64,000 nt of DNA from Octopus sinensis (taxonomy: Eukaryota), in the NCBI RefSeq assembly GCF_006345805.1, contig NC_043001.1, positions 13,268,001-13,332,000 of the forward strand, written 5' to 3'. Positions within the stretch are counted from its first letter, which is position 1, and each line of letters opens with the position of its first letter. Below the pieces are notes generated by a model. It saw only the letters and a list, made by a program, of their open reading frames with translations, was not told where the DNA came from and did not search any database. Below are positions 39,507 to 51,772 of this stretch, one piece after another. A program made the position numbers and the translations under genes.

Positions 39507-39956
39507 GAGAAAAGCATATCTGTAAGAAAAAGAAAAGCATATCTGTAAGTACGGGAGAAAAACATTAACAGAATATGATTAGATAATTTCAAGAATAAGG
39601 AATTGCAAGTAATTAGAATAGCATATAACAGATGTAAGCATTTACACAAATGCAAATAAGCGAAGGAAAAACAAAGAAAAGCAAAAGGAATTAAAGCAGA
39701 AAGGCAAGATCATTGCTGGAGGAGGATAAAGGATAAAACATAGAGTGGTTTGCTTTTATGGGGATATCATGGGAGCAGGTATGACGAGATGACGTAGAAG
39801 GCTACGTATGTATGTATGTATGTATGCATGTATGTATGTATGTATGTATGTTGTATGTATGTATGTATGTATGTATATATGATTGATTGTATGTGTGTAT
39901 GTAGTATGTATGTATTATGTAGTATGTATGTATGTATGTATGTATGTAGTTATGTA

Positions 39957-40020
<64 letters not shown>

Positions 40021-40197
40021 GTATGTATATATTACAGAGATGTACTTACATAGCAAGTGACCTGATCTGAGATCATTTGCTGGACCGAAAACAATTGCAG
40101 CGTGGAAGTTTTATAAGTCATTTAAGGAACACACAAAATCCGTTAGATTCACTTCAACATTTAATGGAATTTGTTCGCTGACAAAATTCCGTGCTAC

Positions 40198-40256
<59 letters not shown>

Positions 40257-40362
40257 ATATATATAACGGGAAGCTTTATGAAAGTAAACAAAAGACGAAG
40301 GCAGGTGGAAAACAAACGAACAATTGTATTAGATGGCGCTCAGGAAATATAAATAAAACAAG

Positions 40363-40400
40363 TCTTTAACGTTTCGACCCTACGCTCTTCAACAGAAAGA
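40363..40400 (-). ncRNA. Atypical minimal hammerhead motif (CUGUUGA core)
   Basis: TCTTT-CTGTTGA-A-GAGC(GTAG)GGTC-GAAA-CGTT-AAAGA; 5-bp stem I, loopless AACGTT palindromic stem III, A6>U and one G-G mismatch in stem II. Confidence 0.5.
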
Positions 40401-40574
40401 TACACAGAGAGCGAAAAACACAGAAAGAAGGAGAGAAAAAAAATGCGTGCAGTAGCTAACGAATCAACATGGCGATCTGATTTCGGCCAGAGGTCAAAGA
40501 TCAAACATGAGTCGCGAGAGCGAAATAAGGGGAGATAATAGGGTTGATAAATGGGTTGAGGGACCAGCTAATAG

Positions 40575-40880
40575 TGCGTAGGAGGGGTCTGGATGTGTGT
40601 ATGTATAGGGTTGGTGTATGTATTAGTATGTATAAGGGTGTGTGTGTGTGTGTGTGTGTGTGTATGAGAGAGTATTAGTGCGTAGGATTGGTCTGGACGT
40701 GCGTATGTATGGGGTTGGTGTATGTATTAGTATGTATTAGTACGTATTGGTATGTATAAGTGTGTGTATGTGTGTATGAGAGAGTATAAGTGCGTATGCG
40801 GGGTCTGGAACGTGTGTATGTATAGGGTTGGTGTATGTATTAGTATGTACTAGTATGTATTAGTACTTAGTACGTATTAG
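40575..40880. repeat. Three imperfect ~105-110-bp tandem repeats
   Basis: GTGCGTA..GGTCTGG..GTATGTAT.GGGTTGGTGTATGTATTAGTATG units start at ~40575, 40678 and 40790. Confidence 0.8.
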
Positions 40881-41477
40881 TTGGTGTGTGTATTAGTATG
40901 GCACATCATATGTGATGTGATGTGTAAAGTCATGTGGTGTAGTGAGGAGAAGAGGGGGAGGGGGAGAAGAGGGGGAGAGAAGGGAGGGGAAGAAGAGGGG
41001 GAGAGGAGGGGGGAGGAGGGGGATGAAGAAGAAAAGATGGAGAGGGGAGAGAGAAGGGGAGAGAGGGAGTGAGGGAGCAGAGGGAAGGGAAAGGAGGGAG
41101 GGAGGAAAGAGGGAAGAAGGGAAGGGGAGTAGGGGTGAAGGATGAAGGACTGAAGAAGTAGGGTCGGGGGGGGAAAGGATAGGTGAGGATGGGGGGAGGG
41201 GGGTTAGATGAGGAGAGTTGAGACCAAATGGCGTATAAGAGCGAAGAGAGAAGATTAATTCCTGTTCACGGCGCAAACGGGAATCCGGATGGCCTCTGTG
41301 TAAGGACAAACCGAACACAGATAGGTGTTGCAAGGAGTGACCGGTGGAGCGGAAATGGCGTGAGACCGGTGTGTCGTTCGCAAGGTGGATGTCACGAAGG
41401 TGTTCCGCGAACCGGTCAGCCAAGCGGCGTCCCGTTTGTCCGATGTACAAGGAATTGCAGAGAGAGCAAGAGATGCA

Positions 41478-41546
<69 letters not shown>

Positions 41547-41879
41547 AAGTGTGCTTGTGCGGGTGTGTGTGTGTATAGAACTCCTCGGATCATAAAATTG
41601 TTATCAGCATCGGTGGATCACTTGATTCTATCACGTGATGATTTCACCTGAAATTTTGTATCACCAGTATTAGATAGCCAAGCGCCGAATGCCAAATCGA
41701 AAATCATTCCAACCGATGAAGTATATCGCTGACCAAGTAGCCTGTGAGGTCACCTCAAGCTCGTAATCTGTGAACAATTTAGCTATAAGCAACAAAAGCA
41801 GCTTCGTAACGACTATTAATTAGCCCATTCAAACTAGATTGGACTTGTTTAAAATGCTTCTTTTTTGTTGTACTCTAGA

Positions 41880-42077
41880 CACAAGGGGCCCGAAATCTTT
41901 GGGGTGTGGATCAGTCGATTAGATCGGCCGCAGTATGTAACTGGTACTTAATTTATCGACCCCAAAAAGATGAAAGGTAAAGTTGACATCGGCGGAATTT
42001 GAACTCAGAACGTAAAGACATTCGAAATACCGCTAAGAATTTCATACGGCGTACTACCGTTTCTAAGAGCTTGCCCC
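41880..42077 (-). mobile_element. SINE family B, older-type tail
   Basis: GGCGGAATTTGAACTCAGAACGTAAAG and GAAATACCGCTAAG on the plus strand. Confidence 0.8.
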
Positions 42078-42285
42078 CTTGTTTGTTTAGAATGTTTTGT
42101 AACTCTTTATACTGCAGCGAACATCCCAAGATGTTGACCCATGCTGCCAATCTAACACCTTTAAAGCAAATTACCACCTGTTCTTTCCTCCTATTCACCC
42201 TTTCTTTCTTTATCCTTTCTTCTCGCGTTCTTTTCTTAATTTTCTTCATTCTTTTCTTTTACTTTCTTGTTTTTCTTTATCATAT

Positions 42286-42690
42286 AGGCGCAGGAGTGGC
42301 TGTGTGGTAAGTAGTTTGTTTACCAACCACATGGTTCCGGGTTCAGTCCCACTGCGTGGCACTTTGGGCAAGTGTCTTCTACTGTAGCCTCGGGCCGACC
42401 AAAGCTTTGTGAGTGGACTTGGTAGACGGAAACTGAAAGAAGCCCGTCGTATATATGTATATATATGCGTGTGTGTGTTTTTGTGTCTGTGTTTGTCCCT
42501 CTAGCATTGATTGACAACCGATGCTGGAGTGTTTATGTCCCCGTTACTTAGCGGTTCGGCAAAGAGACCGATAGAATAAGTACTGGGCTTACAAAAGAAT
42601 AAGTCCCGGGGTCGTGTTGCTCGACTAAAGGCGGTGCTCCACCATGGTGCAGTCAAATGACTGAAACAAGTAAAAGAGAGTAAAGAGTAA
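42286..42690 (+). mobile_element. SINE family A, full length
   Basis: Same structure as 9548-9977. Confidence 0.92.
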
Positions 42691-43133
42691 TATTGTTATT
42701 TGTGCGTTTATTTTAATTTCACCTACTAGTTATTATTATAAATTTTGGCTTGCTTACATTTAATTATATTATAAATATTGTAATTGTTTTCCTTTTTCCT
42801 GTTTGTTCATCATTTTCTGTTTATTATTTCTTTGAACTCCTACGTACAGCGTATATCTCATATAATATCTTTTGATTCAACAATTCAACAATATATTTTT
42901 CCGTCGCTGCGAATTACCATTTTTCAGCCTACTTTACATCGTTCTTTTCAAAGTGGTTGCTTAATCGGTTTTAAGGATTTATTCGTTGAACCGGGGACAA
43001 TAAACACTTATAGATATACACAATTTATTTTCATTTTACTAATCTCTCTTATCATAAACGTCAGATGCTCAACTACGTGAAACTGAGATTAACTGTTTGT
43101 GAAACATTTTAATCGTCTTCAATATATACATAT

Positions 43134-43216
<83 letters not shown>

Positions 43217-43288
43217 TAATGTACTGAATCGTGATAGAAATTTCTCCATCTGGTGAGAGATAAATATATATACATATATATAATATGC

Positions 43289-43333
<45 letters not shown>

Positions 43334-43556
43334 CACACACACCCGACAAAAAATGAAAATTCTATAAATACTTAATATTCAATATTATTTATTCATTCCG
43401 ATCATTAGTGGTCAATAATTGAATGCTGTGAGTTAAAATCATCGGTTTTCATTTTAAATATTGGTCTATTTATTAGTGAAGTCACATATAAAATAATTTT
43501 CTGTTTTAATTTTAGAATTAATATGAGATGACTTTTGGCCAAACCTGCATATATAT

Positions 43557-43649
<93 letters not shown>

Positions 43650-44049
43650 TATATATATATATATATAATATATATATATATGTATGTATGTATGTATTCA
43701 TGTATGTATTATCAACGAAGGTAAATTATTTTTGCCGGCTGTCCGAGTATGTTCAGTTTGAACTGTTTGCGTAATAGCAGAAATATTTGTTCTAATCGTA
43801 TTTAAGATCGCTACCGTACATACACCTCATTGTATGTTTTCATTCATCACGTACGTGATACATATTGACATATTTAGCAACATTTTCTTCAAAGAATTTA
43901 ATTTGTGGACAAACTAAAAACAAAACTTCATTTTCTTTCGGCGCCGAGCATACATAAGTTCATTATTCACATGTTATATTTATTTGAATTTCAACATTTT
44001 TCTCCCTCTGCTAATTCTAAAACCACATTGATTAAAATTGTACTAACAA

Positions 44050-44170
44050 ATTAATTAAATTCATTTCAAGAACATGTCGCCATTTCTAGCACAAATTGTT
44101 GAAGTTCACGTCATTGTAATCAGCTGTAATAAATTCATCCAAAATTCGTTTGCAAATTGAGTCTTTGGAG
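44050..44170 (-). pseudogene. Possible highly decayed mariner transposase C-terminus
   Basis: ILDEFITADYNDVNFNNLC*KWRHVLEMN loosely resembles the mariner LDEFF...L..KW..V.E.N motif; no TIRs found. Confidence 0.25.
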
Positions 44171-44572
44171 ACAGTTCTTTTTCACTAGCTTCAATTAATT
44201 ACACTTTCATGATCTTTTCCCTGTTCTATTATATATAATATCTATTTGAACATTTATTTTCAATTTTCTCTCCTAATTCTAATTATCTCGAAGAGAAATT
44301 TTCTTCCCCTTTAGCAGAAGAAAAAAAAGTTTCTCATTATGCTGTTTTTCTAAATTGCATCTCTTTTCATGCCCTAATCCATTTATGACTTACATAAATA
44401 TGTTTTAATTATATATGTGTCCTCTCTTACATCAGTTTACAACTTTATGTGCTAAAAGAATTATGAAAAATAGAGGAACTTTAAGGTGTCGTATAAAGAT
44501 ACAGCATTTTATCGGTTTCAAATCACATCTACCGGAGGCCACCTTCTCTCTTTCTTAAATTAGGTTCAATAA

Positions 44573-44645
<73 letters not shown>

Positions 44646-44774
44646 GTGTGCGTATGCGTGGGTCTATATATACATACATGTATATATATTTATACATATA
44701 AACTTGTATGTATATATATATATATATAATCACAGCATACATGTACACTACAACATAATTTCTTTTCCTCAACA

Positions 44775-45050
44775 GGCGCTGCCCTATTTAACATTGTCCC
44801 GAAAGAGATCAAAGAGGAGCAGGATCCCATCAACCTTAAACGTTGTCTGGATAGATTCCTTCAAGGAATACCAGATAAGCCACCCGTAATTGAATACAAC
44901 TCACCCAACAAAAACTCACTACTTGAATGGACCATAAACAAATCTTGACTTAAATAGGATTCAAATAATCCTATCAGGTGGTGCTATTAAGTTAGACATG
45001 GCCTGGACCAATCATTGGTCGAAACATATCTAAGTTTATCTAAGTTTATA
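44775..45050 (+). mobile_element. CR1-group LINE extreme 3' end with tandem-repeat tail
   Basis: [35 protein letters not shown]; 3'UTR CATGGCC-hairpin-GAAAC; (TATCTAAGTT)x2 tail at 45027-45046. Confidence 0.8.
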
Positions 45051-45209
45051 TATCGGCTACGCTTTTCAATTGAGCAAACGTAATGTTGCCACGCAAACTC
45101 CCCAGCAATTTTAACATTGGTGTGCAAATTTTCAGGTCAATCAGACCACATTTATTAACACCTTTGCCTGCAAAACTGCTTGTGAGAAAACGTCCGTCCT
45201 TTTCACATA

Positions 45210-45246
<37 letters not shown>

Positions 45247-45494
45247 CAATATAATAATTATAATAATTAATAGGAACTACTATGATGTTGAATAGTATTA
45301 CCTTTAGTTCTTTAATTTATATACTGGTTTTACGACGAACACATGCTTCAGTTGCACCAATAAGCAACCGTTACAATTGCAGTCCAAGAATAAAGCCAGT
45401 GCAGTTTCTTCAAGGTTTTTTGCTGATATCCTTAAATTTCGCCGTTTAGTTTTTTTTATCCACTCTGAATTGTATAATGTAAAGCTGTCTGTTA

Positions 45495-46400
45495 ATTGTG
45501 TGTGTGAGTGTGTTTGTGTCTTTGTTCCTGTGTTTGTCCCACCATCACCATTTGACACCATTGACACCAAAGGCACCATTGAACGTGTTTTTACGTCCCT
45601 GTAACCTAGCAGTTCGGTAAAAGAAACCGTTAGAATAAGTACTGGTGTTAAGAAATTAGTGTTCCGCTCAAGTTGTTCGGTTAAAAACAAATCCCTTCAA
45701 GTCAGTGCACAAGCAAGGCTGCAGTGAAATGATTGAAACAAGTAAATAACAGAATCCCTCCCTTAAATGGCAATAATTCTTTGAGGAAACTCTTGAGCAA
45801 CGAGAAGACCGTTTTTAAAATATTCTCTTCATATTTACTAAATTTTCGCCTGTGCGAATATATTGAAGTGGCGTAATTTGCCGATGAACAGAAACCAGTG
45901 ATAAATCAAACCATACTGTACATCATATTCCCTTTGTAATACGACTTATATATTATATATGACAAACTATCATCTCCTACAAGCAAGCCGAATATTTTTC
46001 TACCCTTAGCTATAATCTAAAGCAATTTCCTGTAATGGATTGCAGCTCATAATCGTATCAGAAATTTGCAAAAGAGCACGAATCTTGATTATTGCCCGAA
46101 GGAGTGGAAGTGTGTTTGCTTCTTTCTTTTATGAACATCCTTTTATCTATTAATTGTTTCAATTATTATACTGCGGCCATGCTGGAGCATTACCTTGAAG
46201 ATTTGTAGTCAAAGGAGTCGACACTAGCACTTATGTTTTGGGGGCCTTTTGTTTGTTTTTTTTTGTTTGTTTTTGGGTTTTTTTCTTAGTAAAGCTCGTA
46301 CTTATTCTTTCGATCTATGTTGCCTAACCAGAAAGAGGCCGACAATTCAACACTGGCCGTTCACAGAAACACAGAAAAAGAGATATGTATATACATACAC
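45495..46400. mobile_element. Two degenerate family A 3' halves in inverted orientation (45495-45750 plus; 46150-46400 minus)
   Basis: Tail motifs GATTGAAACAAG and CTGCGGCCATGCTGGAGCA. Confidence 0.65.
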
Positions 46401-46458
46401 ACACATATATATATATATATATACACAAGCACATTCACACACACACACACACACACAC

Positions 46459-46495
<37 letters not shown>

Positions 46496-46528
46496 GTATC
46501 TAAAATCAAAAGGATATCCATAGGTAAT

Positions 46529-46618
46529 GCAGTACGATCGTTTCATGCAACTCTATTTCACTGAACAATGCAATCATTTCATTACATCAATTTAAAATGT
46601 ACAGCAATCTTCAGCTGC
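46529..46618 (-). ncRNA. Type-I hammerhead (left arm of the inverted repeat)
   Basis: GCAG-CTGAAGA-TTGC...GCAT-GAAA-CGATCG-TA-CTGC. Confidence 0.75.
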
Positions 46619-46751
46619 GCAACGAGTTACAACTATGATGTTGTTGGTACAACATGTTATTTGTCCATCTCCTTAACTTCTAGGAAATGCAAGGTAAAAT
46701 TATACTAATGTGTCCATCTGTTCTAATTTAATTAAATTATATGTCTTTGTA

Positions 46752-46839
46752 CAGCTGAGGATTGCTCTACGTTTTAAAATGATGTAATGAAATGATTGCA
46801 TTGTTCAATTGAATAGAGTTGCATGAAACGATCGTACTG
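46752..46839 (+). ncRNA. Type-I hammerhead (right arm of the inverted repeat)
   Basis: CAG-CTGAGGA(46755-46761)-TTGCTCTA...TAGAGTTGCAT-GAAA(46825-46828)-CGATCG-TA-CTG. Confidence 0.75.
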
Positions 46840-47749
46840 CATTACCTCTGGATATGTTGGTTGCTTATTTTGATTTTAATCACCTTATTTTGAAATTGTA
46901 TGGATGATACTTTACTAAAGTTTAGTGCCTATACCATATTCATCTGAATCTATATATGTTTATATGAATGTATGTATGTATGCATGCATATAAATGTTTT
47001 CACACAGTTTCCGTCGACCAAATTCACACACAAGGCATGCATAGCGGAGATCTCGTAGAAGACACTACTTACTCAATTGCTGAATAGAAAACCAGCGAGT
47101 TTCACAGCGAGCTAATAAATCACATAGCCATGCCGCACATGAAATATAGTCCAATAATTTATATTTAGTGGCTTACAATGACAGAAATATCCGCAAATCT
47201 CACACAAGTTATACCAGTTTGTATAAAAAAACTTATAAAAGAATAGTGGAGAATACAATCCTTGTTGTATAAAGGAGACGAGAATGCCATGAATGTCAGG
47301 TTGGGACATTTTGTCGAAAATACAAATGTTTCACATTTTTTTCAAAATATATGCACGTTTCGAACACTGCGAATCACGAAAGCATAATGTGGCGGTAAAG
47401 CTTTTATACCGGTATGGTACACAGCATGTATTTTAACTAAGATTTTCATTTTAAGTGAGTGAACAAGGAACATTTTTCTCATGTTTAACGCATTATAACA
47501 GCGTTTTTTGAACGTACCATATAAAGTTGGGCGATTTGTGACTGTAGGATTAGAAGGACCAGTGGTTCCATAAGTTCAGAAAACTATCGCAACATAATCC
47601 GTTGCTTAATTTCAAATATGCTCTCATTACCTGTTGCATGCAGAGTACATATTTAAAACTCAGCACTCAAGGTAAAGGACCAGTTAATACATTTTTAGCC
47701 GTGAAAACCATTCGAAAGTTTTCTAAGCAAATATATCACTTTGAGAATC

Positions 47750-48030
47750 TATGTGCTATAGCATGCTGCTAATGCAGAATGATTTACCAAAAATGGACTT
47801 GAGAGTTCTCATGAATTCGAATCACGAACAGTCAACCAGAGAGAAGAAGCCCTACTCCGAATGGAATTACATGGTCAGTTCCACAATGAAACTAACAACT
47901 TAAAGAACCAGGAAGCATCATGGAGGTAGCTCAACAAGTGTGACCTATAAAAAAATACTGGAAGCCTAATCATTGCTGCTTAGGTTCAGGCATTGAATAT
48001 CAACTCAATGAAAAAGAATATATACCACGC
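47750..48030 (+). pseudogene. RLE-LINE fragment, closely similar to 49770-50040
   Basis: Colinear ~280-bp match (…LHGQFHNET…QEASW…) to the start of the 49770 fragment. Confidence 0.75.
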
Positions 48031-48831
48031 AAATTTTAGTTACAGGTCGTATCGTGATGGCATGCACAAGGCATAGAGGGACAAATACAATTCAGCGTCC
48101 TCACTGAAGGAAGGTACTGTGAAATGCATCGAACCACCGTACTACGATCTGTGAGATTCAAATGAAGTGGGATCATTCTAGAAAACACCATCGCACGCGA
48201 GACCCCCCACCATCATCCACGGGGAGGCCAAATAGGATTAGAATTTATCTTCGATTAATTTAAAACGTCTCTAAGAAAAAAACCCAATTATGATATTAAT
48301 ATGTATTGCTCTAGGAACAAGTGTCACTCTATTTCAGAAATAGCTCTACTTCTTGTGACTTCATATCCTGTGATCAGGAAAGTTCCCTTACCTGAGCGAA
48401 TTAAATTAACAGGAATTCCAACACGCAAAGCTCCATCAAGAACATTTATTGTCCATTTGTCAAATCACTGTCAGGTTATTTTCCTTTTTTTTTGTTTTTT
48501 TTTTAAAGCGAAGATTATTAATAACGTCCAATATTATGTTTGTGTAGGAAAGAGTTTTGACGTTCATCTTCACATTTTCTTTAAGGCATACATCGATATT
48601 GTTCTTGATGTTGTTATCGTTGCTGGCAAATTGTCCAATCGTCATTCGTTATCTTTCATTCCTTTGTTATGAGGTTAGTTTTATCTTTCATTTTGTGTGT
48701 GTGAGTGTGGTTCATGATATTTTATATGTGTGTTGCAATCAATAATGTATGATTAACATAATTAGTATATTAAGAATAATTTTATGCTGGGTTTTTTCGA
48801 GTGTTATATATTAATTTAGTAGAGAATAATA

Positions 48832-48900
<69 letters not shown>

Positions 48901-48915
48901 TAATAATAATAATAA

Positions 48916-49471
48916 ATGCCCTGATGCAGTACCAGGCAGTGGCTCTCATGGCTTCTGATCTTAACTGATTGGAAGTGTTATCATGTACATTGTTTTGTCT
49001 TGGTATAAAAGACGGGCTACAGCAAATATTCTGCTCAATGCCACAGATTTCCTTGTCAGTTGTTTGACCTTAGCCAGTTGAGCATGTTCCTTGGTGACTG
49101 ACGATATGTGCATCTCTGATCCCGAGCAGAGGTAGTGGGGGAGCATCATAGCCATGTGTTGAGAGGGATTCTTTGGGGTTTGAATAATTCACATCTGGAA
49201 ACATGGGTGGTTCTTTCAACATCCTTAAACAACCCTTATTCAGGGACCTTTTGAGCGGGATGGGCTACTCGACCTGAAGAAAATTCTAACTGGGCCCCAC
49301 CTGCAAGGTCATGTACTGTTTATCTTGATATGAGATCACCATGTCGCGCACATATGGTTGTGATGTATGTGCCTGGTGTACCCTTATCAGACGGGTAGTC
49401 ATGATGGGTATATTGGGCTTCGTATATTTTACCCCAGTGTCACTTTGATGGAATGCACTGCTCTCTCACTC
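48916..49471 (+). mobile_element. Full ~556-bp non-coding element embedded in (AAT)n
   Basis: ATGCCCTGATGCAGTACCAGG ... GCACTGCTCTCTCACTC, with (AAT)n on both sides; six copies or fragments in the window. Confidence 0.9.
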
Positions 49472-49769
49472 AATAATAATAATAATAATAATAATGGTAA
49501 TAACAACAACTATAACAACAAACAATAATAATGATAATAATTCTAAATATTTTATATTTTACTAATTTATATATATATAATATCAATCATTTGATATTGA
49601 ATATAATATTATATAATTTGTGTACAATACTATAATAATATTATAATGAATTCATGGCGTACCTCAGTCCACTACCTTCCTCCCAAAGCCTCCTTTTTCT
49701 CTACCGCGCCACCGCTCATCGTCCCCTTAGGCACCAGTGCCGACCTGGACCGTCTCCGAACCTATGTGC

Positions 49770-50700
49770 TTTAGTATGCTGCTAATTCAGAATGATTTGC
49801 CAAAAATGGGCTTCAGAGTTCTCATGAATTCGAATCACGAACAGTCAACGAGAGAGAAGAAACCCTACTCCGAACGGAATTACATGGTCAGTTCCACACT
49901 GAAACTAACAGTTTAAGGAACCAGGAAGCATCATGGATGTGGCTCAGCAAGTGTGACCTATAAAAATACTGAAAGCGTAACCATTCCTGCTTAGGTTCAG
50001 GCATTGAATATCAACTCAATGAAAAAGAATATATGCCACTAAGGGCAACAAAGTTTTGCTGAATGTTTGGGAAGAGGGTTGAAAGTGTGACTTACATTGT
50101 TAGTGGTTGTGAAAGTCATGCGCAGAAAGATTACAAGCGCATACATGACAAGGTAGCCCAAAACATTCACTGGCTACTAAGCCGGAAGTATGGGTGCGAG
50201 GTAACTAGTGCTTTGTACCAACATACACCGAAAAAAGTAACGGACGAAAAGAGGACGACAAAAATCTCTGGGACTTTGACTTTCAGATAGGCAAGGAGTT
50301 AGAAAATCGAAGCTCGGACATAGTAACTTTGAGAAGGGGAAAAGAAGATTGCCTTATAGTTGACGTGGCAGTACCAGTAGATCAAAATATTATCATGAAA
50401 GATAAGAGAAAAGAAAGAGAAAAGATTGTTAGATACGGAGACCTGATTTTAGATAACCAAGATGTAGCAGCTAGGAGTGTCAAACATAAAGGTTGTCCCT
50501 ATTGTCATCGGAGCATTGGTTTCAATACCACCTCATCCGAAGAAAATATGTCGAAGCTTTAGAAATATCCCACAATCTAGGTGTATTGCAAACATCGTCA
50601 TTACTTTGATCTGCACGCATATCACGTAAATTAATGTCTAACTGACGTCCTTGTGTGATTTGACAGGCAGTATAAACACCATGAAGACACAATATCTTCA
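49770..50700 (+). pseudogene. Degenerate R4/Dong-type LINE 3' fragment
   Basis: ESVTYIVSGC..AQKDYKRIHDKVAQNIHW, LWDF-like, LIVDVAVPVD, EKIVRY. Confidence 0.8.
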
Positions 50701-50739
50701 ATCAACATCACGATATTGGATACTGTGCGACGTCTTAAA

Positions 50740-50805
<66 letters not shown>

Positions 50806-50806
<1 letters not shown>

Positions 50807-51529
50807 CCAGAAATTACCAAAAACATGTAATGAAAAAAAATATTACAAGTAACTGCAGAATATGTGGAGATGGACAAGAAACAATAAATCATATTATCTC
50901 TAGCTGCCCAGTCCTGGCTAAGAAGGAATATATTCACAGACATGACAGAGTTGGAACCTACATACATTGGAAGCTATGCCAACATTATGGAATAAACACA
51001 GAAAAAAGATGGTATAGGCACACACCAGAAAAGGTCACAGAAGAAAACGAGAAAGCAACCATACTCTGGGATATGCCGATACACACAGATAGAGAAATTA
51101 AGGCCAACAGACCAGATATAGTTGTCAGAGACCATGAAGAAAAAAAATGCTTTCTATTGATGTATCAATACCGGCTGATGACAACGTGTCTCTAAAGAAA
51201 TAGAAAATGGAGAAACTCTCAAAATACAAAAACTGGAAATAGAGGTAACTAGAATGTGGAATCTGAAAACAGAACAATTCCTATCATAGTAGGTGCATTA
51301 GGCATGATAAAAAAATATTCAGACAAATACATAACAAAAACACCAGGACTTACAAACACATATAACATACAGAAAATTGCACTACTAGGCACTGCACACA
51401 TCCTACGCAGAACACTTTCCATACAATAACCATCAGAGCATCACAACAAATCACAGCACATACCCAAGACACACAGAGCTGTGCTCAGTAAGTAATGAAG
51501 TGAAAGCACGCTATAAAAAAAAACTACTG
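50806..51529 (+). mobile_element. Young 5'-truncated copy of the Dong-like LINE at 51773-55740
   Basis: Nearly identical to 55020-55740 (CRICGDGQETINHIISSC, RPDIVV); (AAT)n at both junctions. Confidence 0.93.
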
Positions 51530-51544
51530 AATAATAATAATAAT

Positions 51545-51599
<55 letters not shown>

Positions 51600-51700
51600 T
51601 AATAATGATAATGATAATAATGATGATAATAATAATGATGATAATGATAATAATGATGATAATAATGATAATGATAATAATGATGATAATAATGATAATG

Positions 51701-51772
<72 letters not shown>

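Larger units (their letters stand above)
40262..41480 (-). mobile_element. 5'-truncated Penelope-like element: GIY-YIG C-terminus, purine/pyrimidine tract, tandem repeats, HHR-bearing 3' region
   Basis: CISCSLCNSLYIGQTGRRLADRFAEHLRDI...RLRREQELIFSLRSYTPFGLN (41222-41480); (TA)n on both sides. Confidence 0.85.

Noticed and set aside
40930-41220. G-rich polypurine tract (G4/triplex potential)
   Set aside because: It is low-complexity sequence within the PLE 3' region with no evidence of a specific role.
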